DNA of 64,000 nt from Paecilomyces variotii (taxonomy: Eukaryota), in assembly GCA_004022145.1 (NCBI GenBank), contig RCNU01000024.1. One strand, written 5' to 3'. Under the pieces are notes generated by a model that saw only the letters and a program-made list of their open reading frames with translations, did not search any database and had not been told where the DNA came from. This document shows, one piece after another, positions 48,556 through 61,295 of the stretch; position 1 is the stretch's first letter; each line of letters starts with the position of its first letter. The translations under genes were made by a program, and so were the position numbers.

Positions 48556-50595
48556 ATGAAGTCTGGCTCAATGACCTGGGATGATGTGGGCGTGACAATC
48601 CAGGGGCTCCTCTTTCTTGGGTGCCTCTGTTGGAGGTTTTCGGAGTACATCCAAAACCTCCTGCCACTCGCCCACATCGTGGCCAAAGTGGTCAAATTCG
48701 CCTTTCTTGGGCCGACGCTGCTCTCGTTGGACTGCGTCATGATCACGGTGTCGGAACTGGCCTCGATTCGTCGCGACACGCAGCTTACCATCAAATTCGA
48801 AAGCCTGGTTACCAGGCTACGAATGAGACTGGAGCAGACAACATGCGTGCGGGCAATCGCCGCGATGTATAACTTTGTCCTTCCCCCGTCCCACGTGCCG
48901 CCAATCTTGCGGGTTCTTTGTGGTTTGTTCGTCTGCGTCTGCATATATCCCCTCGCCCTGTACTTGGCGTATTACGCCTGTGGGCTGAGTGAGGGTATCT
49001 TGTCAAAGCATGCAGAACTGTCGCTACGTTGCATGGAAATTTATTCCACGTACGACAGCCTTCCATACTGGACCCGCCGACAGCGGATGGAGACTTCGTT
49101 TTGCTTCGGGGAAGAAGCTGGTCTCGAGTTGCAGGCTTGCCTGCAGGACATCGCCAATGCCGTAATCAGCTTCATGGAGAACTCCCTCATGTCGACGCCT
49201 GCTTTGGCCTTTGTCGTTTTCTGCCTCGCCTGTCTCTTCTCCCTGTTCCATTCTGTCTGGACAGCCAAGCCAAACCCCTCTGCTTCAACAGCCATCGAAC
49301 CGAGTCTGTATGCGGTACGGGCCGCAGAGATTTCTGCTCTGCGGTCCGCCAAGTATAAACTCGGGGTCCAGGTGGCCCAGTTGAATCGAGAATTGAAGAC
49401 GGCATATGACCGGCTGACCCATGCCAATGTCAAATACGCGGCAATGCTCGACAAAGCCAACAAGGCAGACGCGTCCTGGATGTCTCTTGTCAAGATCAAC
49501 GCAGGGCTCCGAACCAATGTAAATTGGCTCGAAGAGCGCCTGTCCAAGGCCCAAGACGACGCGGTACAGACGCTGACCGACCAAGTGGCGCGACTCACGC
49601 AGCAGCTCGCCAACAGCCAGGAGGGCGTCGACAGCGCCAACAGTGAGCTTGGCTCACTCAGGAACACTCTCCAGGCCCAGGCAGAGCAACTGGCAGCCAC
49701 AGAGAAGCGTCTGCAAGAGACCCAGGACACAGCTGAGAAGGCTTCCCGGGAAGTCCAAACACTTGCCGCCGCCAAGATTACCGATCTCACCTCCCAGTAC
49801 GACAACCTCAGGTTGTCATACGACAATATGGTCGAGAGACTCTCTATCCTGGAATCAGTCAGGCAGGAGCGAGATGACGCCGCGGCACGGGTCATCGCCC
49901 TCCAGAGAGAGCTGGAGTCGACTAAGCAGATCGCGGACGAGGCGTACAAGCAGTGGGTGCGCGCCATAGAGGCTGCACAGGAGAGGGAACGGGCTCTCAG
50001 CCAGCATTTCCAGGCGGTCCAGAGCGCCTTCGAAGAGCAATGCCGCGCTGGTCAAGAAAAGGCGGTTGCCGACGCCATGTCCCAGGCGAAGGCATCTGCC
50101 ACCATGGCATTCCAGGCGGAGCGGGAGGAGCTCCGTCGGCAACTCAAGAAGGCGCTCTTGGATGCGCAGACGGGCCAGCAACAGGCCCAGAATCTGAAAG
50201 AGGAGGTCGAAAACCTCCAGCTTGATCTGGCTCGTTTCGGGGTCTCCTTCGGGAGCAGCCAATCCATCCCCGAACGCAAGGCAGCCAATCCGTCCTCGAC
50301 CCTAGTCCGAGGCAGCATCAAAACTGCCCTCGAAGACCGGGACGTCAAAATCCAAGCCCTCGAGCACGAAGTCGAGGAGCTTCGGAAGAAGTCCCGCGAG
50401 GGACTGACGGATACGCGGCTGAAGGCTGTGGCCGACAAGCTGGGGAAGGACCTGAAGGAGGAGAAGGCCGCTCGAACCAACGACCAACTCCGCTGGCACA
50501 AGCAGCTCCAGGAGCTACAAGAAGAGAACCGGAAGCTCCGGATTTCTCTTTCCAATGCGGAGTCGGCTCTTGGTCGTCGACGGACCTCTAAATGA
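48556..50595 (+). CDS. Orphan 679 aa protein: N-terminal hydrophobic/TM segments plus ~400 aa coiled coil
   Basis: Uninterrupted 2040-bp ORF with GC3-rich codon usage. Three to four hydrophobic stretches in aa 1-240, then heptad-rich A/E/Q/L sequence. No family recognised. Confidence 0.75.
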   Translation: MKSGSMTWDDVGVTIQGLLFLGCLCWRFSEYIQNLLPLAHIVAKVVKFAFLGPTLLSLDCVMITVSELASIRRDTQLTIKFESLVTRLRMRLEQTTCVRAIAAMYNFVLPPSHVPPILRVLCGLFVCVCIYPLALYLAYYACGLSEGILSKHAELSLRCMEIYSTYDSLPYWTRRQRMETSFCFGEEAGLELQACLQDIANAVISFMENSLMSTPALAFVVFCLACLFSLFHSVWTAKPNPSASTAIEPSLYAVRAAEISALRSAKYKLGVQVAQLNRELKTAYDRLTHANVKYAAMLDKANKADASWMSLVKINAGLRTNVNWLEERLSKAQDDAVQTLTDQVARLTQQLANSQEGVDSANSELGSLRNTLQAQAEQLAATEKRLQETQDTAEKASREVQTLAAAKITDLTSQYDNLRLSYDNMVERLSILESVRQERDDAAARVIALQRELESTKQIADEAYKQWVRAIEAAQERERALSQHFQAVQSAFEEQCRAGQEKAVADAMSQAKASATMAFQAEREELRRQLKKALLDAQTGQQQAQNLKEEVENLQLDLARFGVSFGSSQSIPERKAANPSSTLVRGSIKTALEDRDVKIQALEHEVEELRKKSREGLTDTRLKAVADKLGKDLKEEKAARTNDQLRWHKQLQELQEENRKLRISLSNAESALGRRRTSK

Positions 50596-52416
50596 GGCCG
50601 GGCAAGACGAGCTGGCTTATGATTCTCGTGGGGTCGATCCTATTCCTACGCGCAAATCTAGGTGAATTCCTAGATCGCCGTGGTCGATTCGGACAGGGCC
50701 CCGGATCATAACCTCCGGATGGAAGATCTCAGGGTGGGGAGGAATACTGGAATCAAAACCTTGGAGGCAGGGCGTTGGGCCTTGTCGGTGTTGCTTTATT
50801 CTTGTATCGATGTGGACCAACTCGCGAGTTCAAGGGCCCATCGATTGGCTTTCTTTGTACAGACACCGGGAGGGGGTAAAGATGCACTCGGTATCTTTTT
50901 TCTTTTTTTCTTTTTTTTTTGTATTGGCGTTGGCCCGAAACTCGCTGGTAGAGCAGACGGTGCCCGTCAAATTTTCTTTTGTACAAGATCAAGTCTGATG
51001 ACATGACTGACGACCGTCATGACCAATGAAAGGCACTTTCTTTTCTTTCCGCGCCATAAATTCATGCATCGTATAGGGAAATCAATCAATCCGGTCAATC
51101 TGTTTGAGAAATTGATAATAGGTAATGTGAGGAAGAGAACATTTAGTTCATGAGAATAACTTATTGTAACAATCAGAACAGTGGATGCGTTGGGGACGCT
51201 AGTCATTTAGCTGTACTCTAGAACACTTTGTGTGCAGTATCCATTATCGGGTAATTCTTCTTGTAATTCCCTGTGGACAGTTTATCTGTGCGGGTCGGCG
51301 TTCTTCCTGGAGCAGTCGAGTCGCACGGTGAGTACTAGGACGCTGTATATCTAGGTAGTCGTTGATGAGGTTGAAAAACAGTCCATTAGAAGGAGAAGAT
51401 GTGAAACGGCTTGGTCGTGCAGTGCAGTTTCAGTGACAGGTCACCCTCCCATCCTCTTCTCTTGATGGCGCGACCATCGAGCAGTGGGCGTGACTAGTCC
51501 GTGATACTACCGGTAGTATCAGATAAGCCGCCGTCGATCGAGAGCCAGTCGTGTTGTTGATCGAAGTCCAAGCTGGGACCACGCCGTTGATGGTGCTTTA
51601 TCTTTCTAGACCGATCGCTCGCCCCTTTCAGTGACTCCAAGAGTCCAAGCAAGGGCCCTGAAGAGGAGCGTTCCTGGCTTAGCCGCTTCGGTTTGGGCTG
51701 GTTTCAGCCTCGCGGGCAACACCATCCATTATTCCCTCTCGTCCGCGTCTCTTCTTCGTTCTTCTTCGCTCTGTATCTTCTCCTGCCCTGTTCGTCGGCA
51801 TTCCTGCGTGTTTGATTGCTCTGCGGATGCTTTGCATCGTGCCACTCCCTCGAATGCTCGATTCGTCGTTTACCAGCATTCTTTACACGCTCTTATCCCA
51901 CCCCCGCAGTTGAACCAGTTCACTGACCCATCGGACCCTCCTCCAACCCCTATTTCTTGGCATTCCCGAGCGCCAACCACTCGAGCTATAATAGCATAGC
52001 AGCAGCACGGCTCACTCAACCCTACTCTAGAGCATTCGGGCTGGTCCGTCGAATTGTTCTTCTATATCCTCTTGTGTCCGTGTGTTCCTTTGTACAGGAG
52101 ACCAAAAACAGCTCGAGGGGAGAAGAAAAAAAGGGCCTTGGGTGGGAGTGTACCGCACATCTGAGATATAACAGCTTACGGGCGACCGAGATGGGTGATT
52201 GGACCAGGATGACTGTCTGATATTACAACACCAAACCGAACAAAGCACGCTCTTTCAGGACTATCGTCATTGTCCGTCTCTCATTTGAAAAAGCTCGACT
52301 TCTCACCGGCTGGTCCGAAGAAGTCGGATACGCTACTTTGGAGAGCCCACCGCTCTCGATTCGATCATTGAATATATTCTGGTTATCTGTTCCTGGCCGG
52401 TCCAGGCGTCACCAAG

Positions 52417-54365
52417 ATGGGTTGTTGTGGAGATAGAGAGAAGCAGAATCAGATTCGCGCTGAGCAGAAGTGGGATTACATCGTAAGTTGACTCCCGCTG
52501 GACTTACAACGAAGCTGGATGCACTGACGACTACCCCAAAGACTCTGGACGACTTCAAGTCCAGTTCCTGCCTCACCCCTTTCTCGTATTTCTTCCTCTA
52601 TGTATTTCTGCTGGTTTCGATTGCAGTGTACTCGGTTGATACCTTTACGGCTATCCAATTGATCGCCTTCGCTCACTGGGCCGGTCAGATCAAGCCAAGC
52701 ATCCCCTTCACCGTATCGCGCTGGATCTTCGCTATCTGTATCTGCATCTCGTTTCTGTTACTCATCTATCGATGGATACGAGCAATTCGCGCGATGCGAA
52801 CAGGCGGCGTCGCGGAAAGCTATCTGGATCCTCTCGCCGTCCGCATCCAAAGTATCCGAACGGGAAAGCGAGGCCGTGGCTGGAAGCGATTCTTGGTATT
52901 CGCCGAGCTGACCAAAAGTAAGAAAGGCGCCGAGTACATTGCTCTCTTCGCATACTTCTCCTTTGAATGTGAGTCCGTCATCCTCCATCTACCCCCAACT
53001 GTATCAACTGACGGTGAACAAGCATGGCTCCGTGTGGTCTTTGCCGAAGGCCCTCGCCAGGTGGTCAATGCGATAACGCTGTACTCTGTCATGCAATTGA
53101 ACTTGATTCCGGAAGGACAACATGCGGCCCCTAAAGGTACCCCACCGATTGAGCAGTTCTTCATCAACGTCAAGGCATTGGCAGAGAAGAATGATCGGCA
53201 GGCAGTGGTGCTCTTCGGTATGCTCTTCACCTTGATCATCTGGGTCATCTCGGTTCTCAGTCTGGCCGTTTCGGTCATTCTATACCTGATTTTCCTGTGG
53301 CACCATATTCCGACCGAGGACGGCTCCCTCAGGGCCTATTGCCGTCGCAAGATCAATACCCGTCTCGAGCGCATTGTGAAGCAGAAGGTCAACAAAGCCC
53401 TGGCTAAGGGTGTTGTCCTACAGGACCGGAAGCCAACTCAGCCCAATGTTGGAGCCGGAGCCGACATGAAACCGTCTCTTCCGACACTACCCTCCGTGGC
53501 AGGTCCGGACTACAGCAGGCTGCCACTGTCTCGGACAACCACTCAGACCACACTTCCACCGTACACGTCGCGACCTGGTACTGCCGCGCCAGACGAAAAG
53601 CCAGGTTCCCTGCGACAGCCGACGTTGCCTGATTTAGGCCTAGACAACAAGTCTCGTTTGACCAGAACCACGACGCAGGGTTCCAGTATCGATGAGAGCT
53701 CTTTTATGGAGAATTCAAGGGTTGTGGGATATAGCCCCTTGGACCGCTATCAGCCCTCTCCAGCTCCTTCTGTCCCGACACTACCAGATATTCCTCCCGT
53801 GCCTCGATCCTATACTCCAGTATCAGGACCGCCTATGGCTCAAGGCCGACCAGCGCCGGGGCCCTCACACATGAATGGACCAAATCGTGGACCTGCGAAT
53901 GGAGGATATCCTGGCCCTGGACAAGGCTATGGCTACCCTCCACGCGGACCTCCGCCAGCCATGGGTCGTCCTGGGTTAAATCCTCCAGACCGCGTCAACA
54001 GCCCTGCTGGCACGGCACCTCCTCGTTCATTCACCCCTATGGGCAACCCTCCGGGTCGTCCCTTCAGTCCTGCAGTCAACGCACCCGAGCGTCCCTACAG
54101 CCCTAGCGCTAGCAGCGTTAATTCAACCCGACATTTCACTCCCGCTAATGGCAATACGACAGCCCCCCCACGAAATGATCAAAGCTATGTCCCGTTCAAT
54201 CCTGGTATGGGTCCTAGGGCGGCCGAAACTCGCAATCTGACACCAGCCTCCCCTTCATATGCCAATGCCAGCTTCGCCAGACCGAGCCCCAGTCCGTCTG
54301 TTCCGAATGGCAGCCGTCCGCCGCCTCAACGGAGCTACAGCCCTGCCCGTTACAACGGCTACTAG
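52417..54365 (+). CDS. Kch1/Prm6-family potassium transporter-like membrane protein
   Basis: MGCCGDREK..EQKWDYI/TLDDFKS, VYSVDTFTA, AYFSFE/AWLRVVFAEGPRQVVNAITL, and a Pro-rich tail. Introns at ~52483-52541 and ~52969-53022. Confidence 0.85.
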
Positions 54366-55822
54366 TACCATGGTCTCTGCTGCCTCCTTTTTCAGTGTCT
54401 ATCTCGCATCACCATGCAGCGCAGGGCGCTCTAGCCTCTCGTTTTGCGATAACCATCCAGGATCTGGTGCCTAATATCCGCTCGCTACCGCCAGCATCTA
54501 TCATAATGGCGTTCGTTGCGAGATCTCGGGACATACAAGGGAAACGCTAGTAGGAACCTTGGGAGCGTCAAAGCCCTAATCATGTTACATGGAAGAGCTG
54601 GATCTAACTTCTGTGATTTTTACGACCTGGACATGAGCGAGCAAGATACCTTGTCATTTCTTACAATACTTGATTCCGCAGTTAATACCCACCTTCGTTT
54701 CCGTTTCACATACCGTCGATTTGTTCTTTAGCTCCGGCTGCGTTGACACGATGTCGCGCAGGTTTTTGTTCCATGTATTTATTAGTACGGTGGGGCTGTT
54801 CTGAGAAAGAGGCCTCTTCCCTTTACTTTGGGCGTCAGGCTAGATTAACTTTTTGTCCTTGATAGGGAGAGAAAAAAATAATACGTGATCTTGAATTGTT
54901 TAAGTTTGGTGGTAGCCGAATTGGAAGCTCTTGCACATGTCACGGTTGATAACTTTCATCAGATTAGATCCTGGGATTCTGGTGCGCAGTCAGCCCTAGC
55001 TAAGTAGTCAGTATCCTTGAGTGTAGCGTAGCCCCCGTGTGCGTCGCTGTATTGCAGTGTAACTTTGAATACGAGATGCATCCCACAACGCGATTGTTTT
55101 GGAGAGCCGCGATTATGGTTCGCTGTTGGCTTTTGATGGCGGTCGAGATTTCTATTCAAGAGGATCGCCCGCGTACATCTCTGGTTTCTCATTTACCCCA
55201 ATGGACAAAAATATATATATACGATACCACGCTCTACCTTTAGACATCGATTGTACAGGCCGGGACGCATGGTACTTCGACGTCTCCCTACTGTTTGTGT
55301 AGACATCATCGCTATTAATAATAATATTGCAATCGCCCAAGTTTAAGAGATAAGATAATTACTGTATAGTAGTGTATACTATATAGAGCGATCCATAGTC
55401 GTGTTTTCGTGATAGATATGCCCTCGAGGCGGTGAAGTCGCGGGCGGGGCAGCGCCAAGTACGAACTGCCGCCGATCGACGTCAAGGTCATTATTGGCAG
55501 CCAGAAGACGAGGCAGAAGCTCCATCACCACGGTTTCTACTAGAGTTCGTGGATCTATCTAGAGAGAGCCAGTGAACTCGTGAGTACTAGTGTCCCAGAT
55601 CCCAGCTTACGTTTCTTACCCGCCTGGAACTTCATCAGGACTGACATTCGGGTCTCTTCCCAGTACGACCTCACTACCTACTAGCTACCCTGATAGTGGT
55701 CGTTCACCCTACAGCAGCGAACGACAACCGTCCCATTTTCGCATCCCCTGACCGGCCATTGCCACCATGTGTTATCGTATCACGAGGAGTTATACCTTGA
55801 GAACGTTTTGAGCTCTACCAAA

Positions 55823-57839
55823 ATGGTGGACGCGAACGCGTCGATATCATCCCCCGCCTTTCGCAACTCATCGGCGCTTCCGTTGCAGAGCCAGTTGAGT
55901 GAACAGTTATGGCAACGGAAAGAACAAGGAGATGCGGCCACCCAGCCTGGCCAGAATGAAGAAAGCAGCAGTCATCTTGAACCTGCCCTGCGTCCTTCGA
56001 CTATGTCTCGTTCCTTGTCAGATGCGGCCCAGAACACTGTCTCTGCTCAATCTGGACCCGCGGAGGTCTTTCGCACGACCAAGGACGATACCGCAGTACC
56101 GTCAAGCCCAGCGACACCACAAAAAGTGCATCCTTCCCGCCATGGACTCTCCCTCAATCTGCCTCCAAGGGCCTTTGCGAGTCCCGGGTCTGGTCCTGCA
56201 GTGAATCGCGGTCCGCTGTCACCGAAGCTGGACTCATCGCAAATATACGGCTCTCCCGCCTCGGTCTTACCCAGGCGGTCCAGAGGTCTCGACTTCTCGC
56301 GTGCCTGTACCAATCTTCACCACTCAACCCTCGCCGAGGCTTCTCCAGATTCATCCCCGACGATTGGTGGCCGAGGGATGACGATCCCGCAACGTCGTGG
56401 GACAGCGACATCAAGCGGCATGGGTGAGTTCTCGACGTCCGGTCCTGCAGATCGGACCGCCATCTCGAGTTCGGTCTCCAGTGTGAACATGCTCGACTCA
56501 GACACCACGAGTAGTGATGACGATGATGAAGAGCTGATGAATGGAGATCGAGATGAGATGATGATCACGGCGACCCCGCAGGCCAGCAAGACCGGCGGCG
56601 GTATTAATCCATTTGCGCCGAGTGCGATCCAGAGCCCTGGAAATGATTGGATGGGCGGTCCCCCAGCAACAGGAAGTGTCCTGAGTTTTCAGCGCGCCCG
56701 GCTGCGCAGCAGGAAGAGCAGACACAGTTCCAGTAGTGCTAGTGGAAACAGTTCCAAGCCCAGCCCTGGGCCGCTGTCGCCGCCTGTTATCAAGAGCATT
56801 GAGATGCCTAGCGGGGGATATTTCAGTCGGGATAGGTCTAAAAGTACCCTGCAGTCTAGGCGGGAGAGCCTGAGCCTTGGTACCCGCGATCTCTATCTCT
56901 CTGACCTCAGTGACGACGGGGAGGCTCGTACCACCAGGGGCAGTAGCCCAGCTGCGGCATCCAACGCCGAAGGCGGACCTCTGGGCGTCATTCGTCGAGC
57001 TGTGACTCGACGGGGAAATCTATTGGTAGGTGCTTACCATGTGTCTAATGCCCAGTTCAAAGCGAAGGAAATCAGTCTAACAGCAGATCGTATAGCCTAA
57101 AACAAAGACTTTCGCTAGGATCCGCGCTGCCCTCATGGAAGAAGGTGCCCCTATAGATAGTGAGGCGAAACGGGAGGCAGAGGTTATCCGTCAAGTACGC
57201 GAGAGTGATCCAGCCATATCAGAGACCTCTCCGGTCTTCCCGTCACTCGATTCTGCAGCGTTAGCCTTGGAAGCTGACGATGGACCGAATGCGTCTACGG
57301 ATGGTGCTCAAGCAAGCAACAGCTTCAGCAACCACGCCCTGAAGAATTCAGGTGGTACAGAATTCTGGAATTCTTTTGACGAACGATATCGCACTCCGCC
57401 TCCACCCCTTCGCGCGCCAGGTCTCTCTGGGGAGGACATGACGATGGAGACACCGCCGTCCACGATTTTCGGATCAGCCTCAACGGACATCCCGAGGCTT
57501 CCCGAACGGCCACAATCAGGGTCTTCCAACGCCCAAGCTTCCCAGGCCTCTTTTGCTGAGCTTCCCCGCAAACGCAGGAGGGACGATGACTTAGATCCGA
57601 ACTCGTTCAAACGGAGGGCAGTTTCTCCCGGGATGAGTGTTCAGAGCAGCCCGATCCTTCCCCAGTCACCGATGATCAAGGAGACCACGTTCTGGGGTCC
57701 GCCGCCAAAGTCATTACCTGGTGCTTTGGGAAGCGAAAATGGTAGCAACAGTAGCGGCCACAGTGGCCCTGTGAAGCGTGTTGGCCTGCAGGGAATGAAC
57801 GAAACCAACGACGGGCTCATGAATATGAGCATCGAATGA
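55823..57839 (+). CDS. Conserved Ser/Pro-rich fungal protein of unknown function
   Basis: Two exons (intron ~57026-57096). Conserved-looking blocks LPRRSRGLDFSRACTNLHHSTL, VIRRAVTRRGNLL/PKTKTFARIRAALMEE, FKRRAVSPGMS, NDGLMNMSIE. Confidence 0.8.
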
Positions 57840-58364
57840 TGCCTGTTCTCTTCTATCAACCACTTTTTTCCACCTAATATTACCCTCGACGGTGTCCTCA
57901 ATCGATGGCAACTACTAACAATACGCTTCTTGACCCAAGGTTTACAGTACATAGATACTTATTGTTCTGTCCTTCACTCGTTTGGATATTACAGCATGGC
58001 GGGGAGTTGGAGGAGTTCACATTATTTCTAGCAATCATTAATACTAGCGAACCTCATATCCTCATTTGCAGTCCGTATTGTTGTTAAGTCGAGTAGGCGT
58101 GCTCTTTGGACTGGCTGGCATATTAGGTATATAATAGACCCTTAAGCTTCCACGTTGCGTCGGTCGCGCTAGGTAACTTCAGTAGAGCTCCGCTTTCCGC
58201 TGTTGACACCGGCCAAGTGCTGCACCTACACCGTATCCTGAATCTCCCCGCAGCCCAAGCCTGCCGCGCTCTTTTCCTTGGTATCTGCTGGACAGGTCTT
58301 GATATTCTGCGATTTCCCACATCATCCCTCTCATTGACGACTATAGTGCGACTGTTGCGCCGTC

Positions 58365-59661
58365 ATGTCCTCAGCTGTCGACATCGCATCGTCGTTCATT
58401 GAGGGCGCCCCGCCGGGCGAGGTGCGTCTATATGAGCTCCCCCGCTATTCTGTTACAGAATCTATCTTTTCCCAATATACTGACGTACTCTCAAGCTCTC
58501 TGATGTTGTTGCCGGTAGGACATCCCGCCCCTCAGAGCATTGTCCCGCTCTGCGAACTCTTCCTCCGACCACATACCAGACCCATCCCCGCAGAAGAGCA
58601 CTAGCTGATGCGTCACCGTTTGAACAGATATCAGGGCCCTCACATCGGATGGACCAGACGTTATTCCCTCTCTGGCCCCAGCATTTGAGAGGTACAATGA
58701 GGCACAGCTGGCGACAGTGAAGCTGCCGGGGTCAAGCCAGGAGGTGCGTTGCGGATAGGTGGACATATGCCGGCCAGGAATGCTGATGAATTAATTGCGA
58801 GACAGGTCATCGTCAGTGAATTTAACAAATTGGATGGAAACCGTTACTACGACGTGGAGAGCTCGACATCGTTTGAATTCGACCATGTCACACAGGTATG
58901 TCCGGGCCCGGCTGCAAGGGAGTCTGAGAGATTGCAGCGCTCGACTACGGCTAATAACCATATTTCTGAAAACAGACCGCATCCAACACCCAATCCACGC
59001 CTTTAGAGTCGCAAAATGAGGACCTAATGTGAGAATCTTTCGGGGGCCTCGATACCACTCGGGAGGCAGGACAACCGCTGACATCGTTTGCTACAGTAAA
59101 TCCCTTATCAAGTCTCTGGGTACCCATGCCCGCGAACACTACCCTAGCTGTTCATACGGTGTATACCCGATTGAGAATGACACCGCCGTTGCCATCGTGC
59201 TGGTCGCCAACAAATACTCCCCCAACAATTTCTGGTGCGTTTTTATATCTCCCATGGGGTGCATGCAACTCGAGGTGCGCAATTTGTCAATGATCCTAAT
59301 CATTCTATGTAGGAACGGACGCTTCCGCGCCATCTACCAGCTTCCCGTGTCCTCATCCTCGACCGTGAGTGGAAAGATTCACGTCGATGTCCACTACTAC
59401 GAGGATGGTAACGTCTCTCTGAGCACCACCAAGCCCATTTCAATAGCTATTCCATCTGTCTCCGCGGAGACAATCATCTCGCGCATTGCGACCGCTGAAC
59501 GTGACTACCAGGAGGAATTGAACCGGGCGTTCAGCCGTATGGCCGAGGGGGCCTTCAAGGGACTTCGGCGGCAGTTGCCCATCACCCGACAGAAGGTGGA
59601 GTGGGAGAAAGTTGGAGGATACCGATTGGGACAGGATATCTCCGGTGGAAAGGGACGATAG
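58365..59661 (+). CDS. cap1: F-actin capping protein alpha subunit
   Basis: SSFIEGAPPGE, ANKYSPNNFW/NGRFR, VDVHYYEDGNV, FKGLRRQLPITRQKVEWEK. Many short introns. Confidence 0.95.
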
Positions 59662-60314
59662 GCACGGCATTGTTAACACAACCTGCCATTTTAGATTCCA
59701 TGGTGTTTTGCCTTTGTGTGTGTTGACCTATAAGCGATGCCGCTGCCCGCCGTACACTGAGAGAGATGACTATTCCAGGGCAGTCATGAGCCGTTCTTTG
59801 TACTGTACATGATTCTCGCCCGGCAATAGCCCTCTCGTGGAAATAAATTAGCGAGTTTATTGACTTCTGAAAGCGAAATGCATCATCAGAGGAGACAAAA
59901 TGTCCGTAAGTAGTCTGATGTGCTATTTCATGCCATTGTCTGGTAGGTGACATTATCCCTTGGCACCACCGCGATAGTATAGTAATTGAATTTCCATTGA
60001 CCCTCGACCCGGTACTTGCGCAGGAGTATCTTAAGAACACAACAATGAAATAATCATGGCGTGCAGGTCAGTCAAGAGGACGGGCGGGACATTTGTTAAC
60101 TAGGTAACTAGTTACTGTAACTAACCAGTTAGTGAGGATCTGAGATCGCTACCTAAGGTACCTGAGACTAGACACCGAGGACTTCCGTACGATCAATGTA
60201 ATACTGCATATAGATTCCCCTCGTCGCTTCCGCTTCGATACAGATCCATTCATGACCTTCCCCTAGCTATTTTTCAAGACCGTTGCTTGTATTTGAATCT
60301 CTTTTCTTGGAGTG

Positions 60315-61295
60315 ATGGCCGCATCTACCAATATCGTTTCCGAGAAGAGTAAGCAGACTCACAGTCAGAGCCAGCATGAGAAGACAACGACCACCAATCA
60401 ACCGGCGCCATCCTCTTCTCCGGGGAGGACCGTAAAACAGTTCGCCAATTTCACGAACCACGGGATTGGGTTGGAAAAGACGCTCCGACTGGTACAGGCT
60501 CTCGCGCAAGTGGGTGCGGAGGTGCTGGTTGATACAGACGAGGAGTTGGCGAAACGGTGTGCCATAGCCAAGGGGCAGCTTGCTCTGTGTGAGTAGTATA
60601 TTCTGTCTAGGACTTGTTTCCTGCGTCACATACTGGGTAGTATGTCGACGATACATTATCGATCGTTTGCTGACATCTGCAGCACGACGATATTTCCGAT
60701 TCTTCAAGTTTTTCGAGTGCTTCGAGCGAGTGACCGCCCTGCTTTCAACGACGGGCCAGAATGATTCGATTCACACGACGTTGGAGTTGGGCAAATGGAG
60801 CTGCTTGGGAATCTATCTGGTGATGGAGGATTTGACCATTGTAAGATCTCTTTTTTATTGTTTTACTTTCTGCCGCATTTCCGCGCGATCTGTAGGCTGT
60901 TTGCCTGCGGGGATGGATACGGATATGGCCCAGATGTGTAGTTATCTATGTTTGCTTACAGAATCTGTGGTCAGCTGGATGCGATGGGTGTGTATTCGAC
61001 CAGCTGGAGCGACTGGGTGCTGCTGGAGGCGCACAAATTCTGGTTCTGCGCGCTGTCCCTGTCGCTATTAGGCTCGCTCTGGATGCTGCTTGTTGCAGAC
61101 AAGAAGGCCTCGGCGTCCAAGTCTTCTCCCTGGTTGAAGCGGATAATTATTGATGGATGTGATCTGCTAATCCCAGGGTCAATGGTGGGCTGGATTGCGG
61201 TGAGTCCGCTGGTTGTGGCGATGAGTATGGTGGCGAGTACATTGCTAGCGGCGCAGGATATCTGGACGCAGGCGCAGGTTGGGGTGCGGCAGTGA
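60315..61295 (+). CDS. Peroxisomal biogenesis factor 11 (Pex11)-family protein
   Basis: GLEKTLRLVQ, QLAL/ARRYFRFFKF, EAHKFWF, IDGCDLLIPG. Two introns. Confidence 0.8.

Noticed and set aside
49041..50555. Long antisense ORFs (308 and 167 aa) opposite the coiled-coil gene; similar shadows over MetAP2, HECT, the G1 peptidase and the kinase
   Set aside because: Expected shadow ORFs of GC3-rich coding sequence, with no independent motifs.
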